From contig ADNK01002368.1 in assembly GCA_000320545.1 (NCBI GenBank), forward strand, positions 1 through 64,000: a DNA stretch of 64,000 bases, in the 5' to 3' direction. Numbering within the stretch: position 1 is the stretch's first letter; every line of letters starts with the position of its first letter. Shown here piece by piece: positions 1 through 12,857 of the stretch. A program made the position numbers and the translations under genes. Origin of the DNA: Bigelowiella natans CCMP2755. Its lineage: Eukaryota > Protista > Cercozoa. Under the pieces are notes generated by a model that was given only the letters and a program-made list of their open reading frames with translations, did not search any database and was not told the DNA's origin.

Positions 1-40
1 CCTCTCTCTCTCTCTCTCTCTCTCTATCATCATCTCTCTT

Positions 41-92
<52 letters not shown>

Positions 93-94
93 TT

Positions 95-133
<39 letters not shown>

Positions 134-140
134 TCTCTCT
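1..140. repeat. (CT)n microsatellite tract, probably intronic
   Basis: Near-continuous CT dinucleotide run seen directly in the sequence. Confidence 0.95.
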
Positions 141-149
141 CTGTGCATC

Positions 150-456
150 GTGTGTTCAGTGGAAGCAACACGTCCACGCGGGTGGATGCGACAGGACGAG
201 AATGACAGCACGCGCGATCTGTCAGTATTAAAATATCCAAAGAATGGAATCGATAACGGAATGTTAGATATTCAGGTGGTCTCTCTCTGCTGCTGCTGCT
301 CACTAGTAGTGTTCGTTATGCTGCAACAAACAATATGATGATGATCATGATGATGATGAACATTAGGAATTATGATAATTATCCTAGAACAATACTCCTC
401 TCCTCCACGTCTTTTTTGAGTTTTCTACCCTTTTTCTAGCATTGATTGACAATATC

Positions 457-496
<40 letters not shown>

Positions 497-647
497 GATG
501 ATTGATGATAGGTCGAGGTGAAGATACCAGAATCCGTTTTCATCCCTGCTAATGCTCTCACGACGTGGCGAATTGGTCAGACAACAGCTTGTCTGTCTGC
601 AACAACATGTGGGGGGGGCAGGAGGTGGTGGTGTATGTATGTGTGTG

Positions 648-678
<31 letters not shown>

Positions 679-1107
679 CGTCGCTAATGATGGGTGGGTT
701 CTAATACAATATTTCCATACTTTTCTTTTTCTACAGGTTGGTGGGATGCCGAGAAGGAAACATGGGTGTTTGATGGTAAGTAAGTAAGTAATATTTGGAA
801 GATTATCTAACAATGAAAACGATGATGGATGCTAGTATGCACTTGTGCAGCACCACATAAAAAGAGTAGTTATTAAACTCGAAATTGGGTTTTTATTTCT
901 AGTCAGCAGATAATTGATTACTTACATTAGTGACTAACCCCTAAAAAGGTGTTAGAGAGGGATTCAAAATTGATGAGAAAACTCGTAGCCTTTCTTTAAA
1001 GGTTACTACTACTTACTACCGCTAGCTACCCTGTGTTCAAAGACATACAACATAACAATGTCCGTTTCCCCCTCTCCTGCTCTCAACTCACACTCGTATT
1101 CTACTAT

Positions 1108-1142
<35 letters not shown>

Positions 1143-1382
1143 GATCATGATTAATTGTTTAACTACAGGTATGGCGCATGGAGTGCTTTGCAATACTGCA
1201 GCCACGTTCACTAGACTTCCCGTATATCGAATGGCGTCTGATATGCAATAAGGAAGAGAAAGGTGGTAGTGAAATGATATTATGACACATAGATAATATG
1301 GCATTAGGAAGAATAATGTATAAATTGTTTAAGCATCACACCAGCAATTAATATGATGTGTGTTACACATACGATATACACA

Positions 1383-1421
<39 letters not shown>

Positions 1422-1556
1422 ACAATTCGAATGTGGATAAGAGCAAGCCACATACTATAGTAAATGGTGACTAAGATACTTTCGGACTTTTATCAAATAT
1501 GATGTGTGCTGCATTGGCTTTGCTGTTGTCCATCCATCATGACATATTATGTGTAG

Positions 1557-1592
<36 letters not shown>

Positions 1593-2853
1593 ACAACTAC
1601 TATGTATCATCTAGGACCTAGTGTAACCCTCACATTGACTGGCTCTCGATACGAAGTCAAAATTAAAATCTCTGCTGATGGTGCAAGACTTGTTTACCCT
1701 GAAATACCTTCATTCTCGGAGAAGCCAATGGCCACAGGTCGGCTAATACCTAACTTTACTGATTTCACTTGGCCACTAAGACTATATGTGTAAATGTTAA
1801 GTGCACTCACCAAAAATGACATTTCACGTACAGCTTGCTTCGTTTTGCCGCCTCCTCTTTCTATTCTTATACTGTTTCTATTCTTATACTGTTCTGTGTC
1901 TTAAGGATCGCTCCTTTTTGGCCTCCAGCGTGCAGGGCTTAACCTCATTCCGACACAGGAAGATGCTAAGTTTTGCTGCAAAACACCTAAGACGCAGAAA
2001 CTATTAGAGAAAGCAAACTCTTGCATTGCCAGCGTGGCAGGTAGTTCTACGCCACCCATTATTATTATTCCTTTGTCTCTATCCATGTATGTAAAATAAA
2101 AAAAGAACAAGAGTGTCAGCTTTCCGTGAAATTAGGAGATTCCACGGATAGTGTTTGTATCTACTCTTAACAATGACATAAACACTCTGCTACAGCTATT
2201 TACAACGCTGTTGTGTTGATTCCCATCTCGCATCATCATACTTCTCTCATACATAATAGGCGTTTTGGACATTATGAGCTCCAACTACTCGTGCTCTCAA
2301 GGACCGAACGCAGCACTCATCAAAATCAGGGAGAAAAACTACTCTCCTCCTCCTAAGGTATAGCTCAAACAAAAGTCAATGACAGCGCATGGGAAACTGT
2401 GTGCCCCTCATAATCCCACATACCTATCAATTTGATTCTAAGATGCAACTATCTTACCCTGCAGAAAGTTGTTGAGGAGAAGCAGGAAGAAGAAGAATCT
2501 GCTCCTGCTTTGAGCAAAGAGGAACTCAAACAATTGGAAATTCAGCGCGAAAAGGCAGCGGAACGTAAAGAGCTTATTGCTGTGATGACCAAGGAAACTG
2601 CTGAGGTACTAGTAGGGGTTGAGTTGTGAGAATTCGATGTTAGAACAGAGGAGGACGAATAGGGGATTATTCTATATTGTAATAAATCAGTTGTTCATCT
2701 TGAATAATGTCTTTATTTCCTTCATTGCTCTGTATTTGTTACTACTATCGCACTACTCTCTCCATAAGGATCGTAAGAACAAGGCAATATCTGACGACAA
2801 GGATGGCTGGAGAACGGTAAACAGATAGTATGTCCAAAAGGGGCCTCTGTCTA

Positions 2854-2885
<32 letters not shown>

Positions 2886-2891
2886 ATTACA

Positions 2892-2926
<35 letters not shown>

Positions 2927-2953
2927 TTTATTACATTTTTTAAAATATATTTG

Positions 2954-2997
<44 letters not shown>

Positions 2998-3514
2998 ATA
3001 TCTGATTATCTCGTCATCATACACACACACCATTAGGCTCTGGCACTCGACACTAAATGGATGCTTCCCAAAGCATCTAGGTTTCATCTCAGGAAAAATA
3101 AATACGAGGTATAGTCATGGCGGTGGAAATCTTCTCTCTCTCGTGCCATATGCGATTTCTTGTATTATATGTAGGTTGCTGAAGGCATGGAGACTCACTT
3201 AACTCTGAAACTGTGTGTATCTTCTGGTACTTTACACACTATAGCTTGCAAATGTTTGAGAGTAGGGTGAAACTGTACATAAATACATATTACATTCATT
3301 AGCAATGCGCAATAGAGTCTAATGAACATCACCATCATGTTTCAATTAGTGTTTCCTGATGCTGCCAAGGAATTTGCAAACGCCAATCTCCTCTTACAGA
3401 GAAACGTAAGAACCATAGATAGTGTACATTAAAAAACAACTTCGATTGATAATAGATCGTATTTCACAGGTTCGCCGTGTGCTGAATCTCGTCGACGTTC
3501 TTACTTTCCATTGA
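150..3514 (+). CDS. DNAI7: Dynein axonemal intermediate chain 7 / CASC1 (IC97)-like protein, 3' exons; 5' end probably outside the window
   Basis: Spliced exons read GWWDAEKETW, FAILQPRSLDFPYIEWRLIC, GPSVTLTLTGSRYEVKIKISADGARL, LLFGLQRAGLNLIPTQEDAK, RLWHSTL and NANLLLQRN-VRRVLNLVDVLTFH* (TGA 3512-3514). The order and wording resemble the Casc1 C-terminal domain as I recall it; no database search was run. Confidence 0.7.
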
Positions 3515-3779
3515 TCGATTAAATTTCGTGGGGTGAATTATTCTGTTACCTAGTGTTAATTTATGACGGCACACTTATTGGATACTCGTTATTCGTCTAG
3601 CAGTTGGTGGTGGTAGTCCGCTGCTACACACAAAGAACTACTGCAGGATGTTTGTGATGTAAAATTTAATACCATGATCGAATCCCTCATGCTAAAACAA
3701 GGGTGTCAACAATGAGCAATTAGAGTTTATTTGTTTTCACTTAACTTTCGAGCTTTCTTCATGACGCAATACCAAAATG

Positions 3780-4990
3780 GTGTGTCTAGGCGGCATTTCA
3801 GGTAAGCCCCTAAGACCATCTAGACATCGATCGTGGAGTTCTTAATGAAATGTCTTGATGGTGCATGTAGCATGTACTTAGATGGCTGGGTGATGCACAT
3901 ACCGCGCATCGTTTCATCGCATCACACGTTGCCCATTTGCACGCCCATGGTTAGAGCCCACACGTTGACGTCCCAAACTGCGATCGATGCATGCTGATCA
4001 TTGTGATGGCTGGACAATTCTGATATGGGTGCTGTCGGTGCCAATGAAATCATGACAAGCGCACGTGCGCAATGTGACAAGCAAGTAGACAGCTGATGAA
4101 CAATTACAATTAAGCCACCCAGCTGTCAGTCTAGCAATGGCCATGCATCGCATCTAGTCACATCTAGACATGCTAGCATGCAAAAAGTCGTATTGCTGTC
4201 CCGGCTGTTACACGCACAGACCAAGAGGCTGCCGCATCGTATGATGCGCAGCTTGCTTGCCCGTTGGCCCGCCTAGCTAGAGCCCACTTTTTGGCGCCCC
4301 AATCTGGCACTAGCTGTGACATGGCTAGCTAGCTAGCTAGCCCACACTGCGATGCTGGTCACTGCAATAGCTACACAGCTAGACAGCTAGCTAGACAGAC
4401 AATTCTGATGGAGACTGTGAGTGCCATGTTGTGAGTGCAAATAAATGGATGACACCATGCAACATAGCTAGATAGCTAGCTAGAGTCATGCTAACATGGC
4501 ACATTGTTGTCAGTGTCACATCTAGAAATCGCATTGAGCGCGCATCCACTGATTGACCACCACTAGCAGCTAGACCACTAGACCACATTGCAGCAAATCC
4601 ACATGACTAGATGAGTCTGCCTATAGCTGCAGTCGTCATGTCGTCATTGCAATTGCTAGATTGAGGCAACCTCACTGCTGGATGGACGGCTGCCTTTCTG
4701 GTTGCTGACTGCTCTGCACAGCGAGCTGTTCACCAAGTCGTCATACATCTAGCTAGCTAGGTGGCTCGTGTTTCATGAGCACGCTAGATGCACGTTTCGC
4801 CAGAATCATTCAACATGTCATGTGGCGTGCATGGCCAAACGTACGCGTAGAGTCGCCATCACTGGTTCATGCTAGCTGCAGGTCAACTTCTTTTAATTCA
4901 TCGGGGCCGTGCGCAGGCTCGATTCATACCACATTTTCGTCGTTTGTAACACAAACGTAAAATCTAGCTATGTCTAGAGCTAGAGATGTA
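3780..4990. other. CTAG/CATG/TGCA-rich decayed sequence, possibly a repeat or TE relic
   Basis: Dense CTAG, AGCT, CATG and TGCA words (e.g. ctagctagctagctag near 4325). No microsatellites and no coherent ORF. Confidence 0.45.
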
Positions 4991-5123
4991 CAAATTAACG
5001 AACGATAGATACGTTGGGAATTTATTTTTCTACGCAGACTAGCTACAAATTCACACACATTAGGCTCTATGTTTGGCAGCTTCGTACCCCCAGATTGGCA
5101 TAGCTTCGCTTAAATCATCGCGA

Positions 5124-6746
5124 TTACTTCAGTTTGAGGCGCTTAATTTTTTTTCTAGGTCTGCGATTCTTACCATTAAAACCCTGTACAGTATGTCGAC
5201 CGTTAGCCAATTCATTCATTGATAAATATACTTGGTTTTATTCTGAATCTGGGGTAATTTTTTACAGACCCGATTTGGCTGTCAAAGTGCTTCATCAGCT
5301 TTTCCTCCATTTGCGTCAGCTGTTATTTTTGGTTAAAATAGATGTAGTACAGATTTTTAAATATACAATGGTCGGTGAAATAAACCTTGGCAGCAACCAC
5401 TTCACTGATTTTAGATCCTTCTGAAGACCTTTTGGACGCGGGAGATCGCCTCCCACTTGACGCTGAAGCTTTGGTAAGTGTACGATGGTTGTTTCGTGAG
5501 GCAGATACATTTTTGCCATGACTGTTTCTTGTGTTCGATTTTGGTTTCCTAGCAGTAATGGCTTTGCCCTTTGGCTTGGATGGAGTGGAAGACTGATGAA
5601 CCTTCAAATAGACAGAAGTGAATGTAGACGCACAATACTTCTTGTTTTTCACTTTTTCACCTGCTGAAGTTTTGCAGAGGGATTAGCCACCTAGGAACTT
5701 GAATTTAGAATAATCTTCTACTTTGAATTCATGTGCACATTATATCTCACCTTATATTTCATCATATAGTCAGCGAATTCGTCATAAAGGACCATTCCAC
5801 CCCCATCAGCATCCATTTCCCGGTAAGCAGCTTCCAAGTCTTTTGGCTGAATTCGTGAGGATTTTAGTCAATTTTTAGGGAAGAAATCAAAATGTATATT
5901 AAATTACCTCAGGGAGATTCGTTTCCTTGGTTAGAAATGGCATCGCAGCTTTAAACTCTTCCAAACTGACCCGAAGATCGTCTGATGTATCCGCTTTGAG
6001 GAAATACATCTAGAGAGAAAGAGAAAATATTATATATTTTCTATGCCAGAGAGATTAATTTCATATTCCCACCAGAATTTGTAGGTCGTATCGAAGAAAT
6101 TCGATGAAAATTCGAAATTCTCTCTTCTCAACAAAGTCATCAGCCAGGCTCGCTTTTCTGTCAGAGGTAATTATTATTATTATTGTCGATGATGGTATTT
6201 TTTAACATTGTAAACCCTAAAGTAGCAGCTTTCTGATCTGGCGCTGCTGCCTTTGCAGCTTTGTGGGCCCTTTGGACAGATTTTGCGACAACGCGCTTGA
6301 CATCCACTCCATAGTAAAATTGGCCCATCAAGCCTTTTTCGATCTCGGCTAGACTAAAATTCAAAAAACAAGATCTCACCGAGTCCAACCGAATATCAAT
6401 TCAATGACCTCAAGAAACCGTTCCCATTTGGATCGAATCCCACAAAGATTTGAGCGCGCCGCAATTTCGACGTTTTACTCTGTAAAATTGTTAATTGTTA
6501 ATTGAGATCTTTTTTTCAATAAAATGATTTGTATACCGTATCTGAAGGGAGTCTTTCGTCGAAAAGTTTCCAATCTATGCTTTCGATGTCTTATTGGTAA
6601 GAAGAATGTTAGTATCCAAAAAATTGCCTTGGCAATGGGCAATGGGTGCATCTAAGGTTAAATAAACCTGGGGTCCCTTCCTTAAGCTTAAAGACTTGTG
6701 CGGGTTTTGCACGCCTTTTAGTTTCAGCACGGCGAGCCATAGACAT
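5124..6746 (-). CDS. Flagellar calcium-binding protein (calflagin)-like EF-hand protein, multi-exon
   Basis: ATG 6746. Short GT-AG introns join MSMARRAETK..., IDWKLFDERLPSD, FDPNGNGFLSLAEIEKGL, FLKADTSDDLRVSLEEFKAAMPFL and EMDADGGGMVLYDEFADY, followed by a basic low-complexity tail ending KIKRLKLK* (TAA 5124-5126). Three EF-hand-like loops in a calflagin-like arrangement. Confidence 0.8.
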
Positions 6747-6999
6747 GTTGGCGGTTCAATTGTGCAATGAATTCTCTGCCTTGCTTCGGTGCACTACAAA
6801 CTCATTGACTTCATAAGACCAAGGCGGTTTTTATGTCAAAATTTGGCTATTACCTTGACACGATGTAAAATCGTTCGTACAACAACCCAAACGAGGAGAT
6901 ACCTTGCTCTCACGCAGCACGATATGGCCGTTTTTTATTTTTCATCGTTTTTAGCAACTTGGTGCACCACCATGTTTTGTGTGTGTGTGTACCTGCTAG

Positions 7000-8370
7000 C
7001 TGTTGCAGTTTCCAGCACTGCGACAAGGTAATTTGTCGTCGCGCAAGGGGAATCTTGTGAAAATGTGGAAATTTCATTCAGTGCACTGTGTGACAAAACA
7101 TGGCAAACTCAATGAATCTGTCTTGAATGAATGATGATTGTGCGTGCGAATGTCTGTGTTGATTGAACATTGAACATTGAACATTGAACTTCGCATTGGT
7201 GCAAAATCCGCATGCGAACACAGACCGAGCTCCCCTCATCAATGATGGCTGGGTGGTGCTTCCAGCGTTGCACCAGTTGGCGGCTCGGGTGGTGCGGCGC
7301 GCCAGCTAGCTGGCGGCGTGCTCAACGAGACAAGCTAGCAAGGTGGTCAATGCCTACATGTGCGATCGACGTGGCAATGCACAAGCACGTCTGTTGCCTG
7401 CACAAGCCTGCTTTTTTGCTGACGCGTGTTGTTGACGTTGTTTGTGATTTGCACCACGCATCGGTGGCCGCCGCGAAAGGCCAGAAGGTCTGGAGGTGCA
7501 AAGGTGCAAAACTGGAAAAGTCAGAAGAGCGGGCTGGCGGCATGACTCGGTCGATTTTCAAGCACTCGTTGGCTCGCTGGCGGCGTGCGTGCGGTGCCAC
7601 GTGGGGTGATTTTTTGCACGCCCCAGAGCCCAGCTAGCCAGCTGCCAGAGCTTGCCAACACTAGCAACAACAAGGTGATGCATGCCTTTTCTTTCCTCGA
7701 TCATTCAAAATCGATCTTGCCAGCTAGTGATGGTGTTCAATCCAATTTCAACATTGCTGAACTGCGTCAAACATCCTGAATTTGAACAGTGCTCTGCACT
7801 CACATGTGCGATGCTCTGTCTGCGAAAAAGTGATGAACCAATTTTCAATGAATGCCGGCGGAGGCTGCAAGAGGTGTGAGCTAGTTCCAGAGCTCACGAT
7901 TGGACCAGCAAGACCAGAAGACGAGCTGCACAGGACAGCTAGACAGACCAGCTAGTCAGAAGTGAAGTTCGTGAGTTCTCCTCAACTTGGAACCTGCGTC
8001 TCGCGCTAGCGCGCACACGGTGTGCTAGTGTGCACTGCTAGACTGGTGTGGAACCACTGTCTAGCTAGCTAGCAGAACTGCAGCTTGCGATCAAGCTGCC
8101 ATTTGGCCATCAATGTCGACCAGTCCACGGCTAGACGGAGCAAGCTAGCAAGGCTAGATGACACGAATCAACTTGCGGGAAATGAAAATGACGTTTGTTC
8201 CACGTCACACGCAGTCCAATTTGACAGCATGCTTGCAAGCAAGATCACATGGAACTGCATTTCTGTGCAGCAATGATGATGTGAATTGGAACCAGAACAC
8301 GCAAAGTCACATGCTACAAAGTTTGCAATGTTGTCACAAAGTGCTGCTGCAATTTGGTGCAGTGTGTGGA
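7000..8370. other. Second CTAG/TGCA-rich decayed segment with broken reading frames
   Basis: Same word bias as 3780-4990. Reading frames are interrupted by TAG/TGA. A short (TTGAACA)n array lies near 7160-7190. Confidence 0.4.
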
Positions 8371-8378
8371 ACAAATTC

Positions 8379-10848
8379 CTAGTAAGGAATGAAGTCATCG
8401 CTGAGGGAATTTTGACGAATGATGATGCGCATCATGTCTTGCATTCTTTCCAGCATTTGGAACATTTCATCAGTGTTTGAATTTGCCACCAGTTCTCGGA
8501 CTTCTTGGCCTTGCATGTTTGTCAATTGCTCCAGGCCTCCTTCTAGATCAACTCTTGAGTCTTCCAGAAATTTATTTAGAGCTTTAATGTTAACACAATC
8601 GGAATCAAGGGTCATTAAATCATCACATGATTAAATTTTACTTGATAATGGGTCGGCATGATTGCTTGAGAGAAGGTAGTATTTTGTGTTTACCTGATTT
8701 TGCCTCATTGTCCATGTTGACATCTTGAACATCAACTGAATCCAGGGGATTCCCTTTGTTGGATCTGTCCGGATCCGGAGAGCCTGCTTCATTAGCTTGG
8801 TCATGTTGACGATTAGTTGGATCTTCAGAAGTTCGAATTGGATTTTGGCATCGAGCATCCCTGAGATCTGACATCGATTCTACAACTGTACGACCAATTG
8901 GCGAGATATTTTCCAAGCTTTGTGTTACCCGGGAATTCGATTGGGACAGTGAATGACTGCGCACTCTTCGAGAGACCTTAAACTCCGCACTTTCAGTATC
9001 GCTTGAGTCACCAACGACAAACATTGGTAGCTGGTCATGGGATACAGGAAGGTCATATTCTCTGTTCATTGCCTCCATCTGAATTGAGCTGATTTTACGA
9101 GCATGTTTAATGCGCTCATGAAAGCTGTCTTTAATATCTGATCTTTTTGTCGATGATATCGGGGGTTGTCCAGCTTCGCTCTGATGTTCGGCGTGCCCAA
9201 CCCCAAAAGCAGTGTTTGGATTCCTAGGCTTGCGCCTGCCGGAGCAAGCCTTCCACCAATGATTCCTATGGGCATCCCCATCATTTCGATTTTGCCTTCC
9301 AGGACCACCATGTAAATTAAATGTAATGATACCAGCTTCTTCGTCCCCTGATACTACTCTATGCAAACGAGGAGGGCAACATTCTCTGGGACACCTCAAC
9401 ATGCACAATGTGTTAAAAAATTCAGAGCAATAGCCAGTGTTCTCGCTTTCACAACGGAATGAAAATTGAATTGGGAGCCATGAAAAAGATAGAAGCCATC
9501 CCATGTAGAATATTGGAAAATAGAGTGACGCCTCAAAAGGTATAGACCTCCCGTTTTGTGATTCAAGACCTGGCCATTTACATAACAATCACAGATATCG
9601 CAATAAATTCCATCTTGCTCACCTGACGACATCCTCAAATCGCCAAGAATTATCCACAATCCCAAAGCCAATAAAATCACTGAAATTGAGAATCACAGTA
9701 GCACATCAACTAAAACTAATGTAATGTAATTTCACCCTTTAAGCCTGAATACCTGTTACTGTAATACCGACACACGCAATAGAGGCTGTAATTCGACATA
9801 TCTCGCCACTCAATTGACGGCATTGAGAATGTATTGTTCCAACATCAGAACGTTTTCCATTGCTTCCACGAACAGACTGATAACTGCTTATGGCCCTGGC
9901 AATAACACTTCGGAGATGCAAGAGACTCAATCCACAAATGAAAGTCACAACCGTGAGGACTATTGCAGATAGGACAATTTGCTGATAAACAAAACTTAAG
10001 ACATTTCAATATGAGGATATCGTTTAACATTTTCTCTACCCCTGCCACGAAGATGTAATTGCTGGTTTGAATAGCAGCAACGAGGAAGAGAAGCATCGCC
10101 ACAGCATGTGTTGATGCACACATCAGCAGATAAATGACTCTACGACGTCCATTTTCAGCACCAGTAATTCTTTCATCGGACGAACTACTGGAAACCCTAG
10201 AAATGAAATTGATTCAAAATGACACATTGCAATGAAACAGGGATGAGTTGTTTTCTTCACAACATTTCATTCACAGCGTACATGTAAATTGAAGTTGCAG
10301 TTTCGAAGGAAATGATTTCAGCTGATGAGCAAGTGATGTATTTCACAAAACAAGAAATTAATCTCAGATAGGAGGCTTCGAAGAGATCTTAAGTTCAAAC
10401 GTACGTGTAACTTTACACCTGCGTATGCAGTGCAGCACATCATCAAGACCGCCTCAAAAGTGTAAATCGTCGTTGTTGCTGCAAAGAATCGACCCTGTCT
10501 TTGGAGGTCAAGCGCAGACCCCACAAGGTTCGAAACTGCGATCGCGAATCCCACGCATTGGAGCCTTCTTTTCCATTTCATGCTGCCGTTAGTCACCTGT
10601 GTCATTTCATCAAGTCAACAATGTGGTTCTCGTTCACGTCTTCCCTTCTTCATTGTCTTTGTTGAAATTCCATGCATCCAGTGACCTGGCGCGAAAATGT
10701 AGGTCTTGGTGGTAATGGTGCTGAGGCAAGACATGAAAAAAAGCAAATCGCTGCCATGACAGAGAAACTTAGGCGCACAAGTGTGGAGGCCATCCCAAAC
10801 GATTTGCTGGCTACACGTTGCACGCGCAGCTTTGATGCTCACTTGCAT
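8379..10848 (-). CDS. Multi-pass (7TM-like, THH1/TOM1-like) membrane protein with long C-terminal tail; possibly a pseudogene; 5' end unresolved
   Basis: Hydrophobic exons DLLFFMSCLSTITTK, VGFAIAVSNLVG, TTIYTFEAVLMMCCTAYAG, VTFICGLSLLHL and VILLALGLWIILG. The intron at about 9571-9623 (GTGAGC...CCAG) joins the last of these in frame to the 316-aa ORF (FEASLYFPIFYMGWLLSFSWLP). A probable last exon reads ALNKFLEDSRVDLEGG...DDFIPY*. There is one in-frame TGA at 10615-10617. Confidence 0.5.
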
Positions 10849-11029
10849 TGATGCACAAGGAGGCGTGTTAGGGAATAATTCAGCCTGTCATTTATGTCGC
10901 AATGACCAAATCACATCCGTTACCACATCTTATAACTTTATAGGTGATGTACATGTTGCGACATCATCATTTCATTGCACTTGCTTGTTTTTATTGCACT
11001 AGACTGGATCTAGATCTATCTACTCGCAC

Positions 11030-11095
11030 AACGCTGATACTCATTTCATAACGAACGCCCTGATACTACTCATTTCACAACGAATGCCCTCATGT
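11030..11095 (+). repeat. Two diverged ~28-bp direct repeats immediately 5' of the predicted ATG
   Basis: ctgatactcatttcataacgaacgccc followed by tgatactactcatttcacaacgaatgccc. Confidence 0.7.
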
Positions 11096-12857
11096 CGATT
11101 CCTGTAGAAGGTCCATGTTTGCCTAGATTTAGTTCAGTTGTTCATTTTCCGACAAGAAAATATTTTCGATCCCCCTTGACAAAAATGATCAGACAGCCAT
11201 GTCATGTAATTAATTACCAGCGGTCCCAGCGGTCGTAGAAGGGACAGTCATTCAGACAGAAGTAGAAGGGACAGCCATTCAGACGAAAGGCAATGTTGTC
11301 GATGGACAGTCCATTCAGTCTAATAGCCCTTCGATGTCGATCCCGGAAAAGGATTGGCTGATCCGGGCTCCAAAATCGAGCTCAAGCCGACAGATTGGGG
11401 AGCTCGGATACCTTAGCGCTCATGACGAAATCGCCAAGACTCACTACGCTTTCGTTGCGTATACCGAAATCGACTTGAAACGTCAGAGATGGAGCTTTGG
11501 GGTCGCAGCGAAGGGATGTGCAAGCCTTAAGGTGGACCCCTACCGTTCTCTACGCTCGAAAATTTCCAAGGCTGCAGTGAAAGGTCTTCCATACTGTGTC
11601 GTAGGACATGAAATGAAATCGAGACCAGGAGATTCTAGGATGCTGCAGAATCGCATTTACTATGATCCAGACACGCTGCGAGCCACGAAATTCGCGTTGC
11701 ATGTCTGCATGCGCAATGCGGATGGAAGCGCGCAGTCAGAAAAGCTGCTCACACTCGAATGGCCCAATCCCCAGCTTCCAGAGGACAAAACTACGATAAA
11801 ATTGCCAAAAGATAGCTCGAGGTATAAGAACAAAGAACTTCTGCATCTGTCCCAGTACGATGTCATCGCTGATCGAGACTACGAGCTGCTTGCCTTCGTG
11901 CAGCACGATATTGACAAAGGAACCTGGAAGCTACACGTCAAGAGCTCGGTGACCGTGTCTAGTGTCATAGATCCCTTCAGCTCCCAATTTCTCGCTCAGC
12001 TCGAAAAAGCTGCTCAAAAAGGTCAGGCACATGCCCTATTTGGCCATTCCATCAAACCAGGCCCGGGCAATCCCAGGTTGATGGAAAATAGGGTTTATTT
12101 CAACAAAAACTTAAGGCCTACCCACATCGAGATTCGCCTTGCAACTCGCAAGCAGAATTCAGAAGCGCGCGAGACTTCCGTCAAGTCTGCGCCTTGGCCA
12201 GAGACAGAGGAGGCACAGAAAAGGACCGAGGCTAACAGACATCCTCTCATCTCCCCGCCCAATTCAAGTGACAGGAAACACGTTGTCCCATTGGGTTATA
12301 TCTGCTCGCGCGATAACATTGCATCCAGAGACTACGCCTTCTCGGCCTACATGGAGAAGCCCATACCGAACCCGAATGGAAAGTGGAAGCTCCACGTGCG
12401 GTCGAAAGAAACCGTTTCGTTGTCTCTCGATCCATTGGCTCGTTCTTTAGAGAGCCAAATTTCTTCGGCCGCAAAATCCGGTGTGGGGTATTGCCTTGTA
12501 GGCCACAAGATCATCCCGAAGCCCTCTGATGCGCGCAAGCTGGAACATCGTGTGTACTTCGACGCAAAGACCCTTCAGCCTACCAAGTTTGCTCTTCATC
12601 TCGTCACCCGGGACCCAGAAGGAAAGGCGAAACCAGAGAGGGTGTTGTGCTTCACATGGCCAGGAAATGAGGGGGAAACCTTCGTCGAAGGCAAGATCGC
12701 AATGAATGCGATGCCTGATTCACATGTGAAATTGCTCCAGCTTCTCTATGGGACAGTTTCTCCTCCTGTGATCGAATTACTCGACAAAGAAGAATTCCAT
12801 CGCAAAGGCCGCCAGCTGCTCGATGCCGTGTGGGCATCTGTGGAATCGATGAAATAA
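11092..12857 (+). CDS. Hypothetical protein with three copies of an unrecognised ~120-aa domain
   Basis: The 507-aa ORF (11334-12857) stays open upstream to 11221. A likely first exon at 11092-11110 (MSIPVE) splices in phase through an intron at 11111-11220. The internal repeats are at aa ~24-144, ~169-289 and ~320-443 of the ORF. Confidence 0.85.

Noticed and set aside
4290-4310. tggcgccc resembling a retroviral tRNA-Lys primer-binding site
   Set aside because: The match is only about 8 nt, with no LTR pair and no gag or pol ORF nearby.
7212-7637. 141-aa ORF and overlapping ORFs in the CTAG-rich spacer
   Set aside because: No motif, ORFs on both strands, and located in decayed sequence; probably not a functional CDS.
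11206-11220. A possible 15-nt GT-AG micro-intron (gtaattaattaccag) whose removal opens the frame from ATG 11199
   Set aside because: A conventional 110-nt intron (11111-11220) from an upstream MSIPVE exon uses the same acceptor in phase, and the other introns in this region are about 50 nt or longer.
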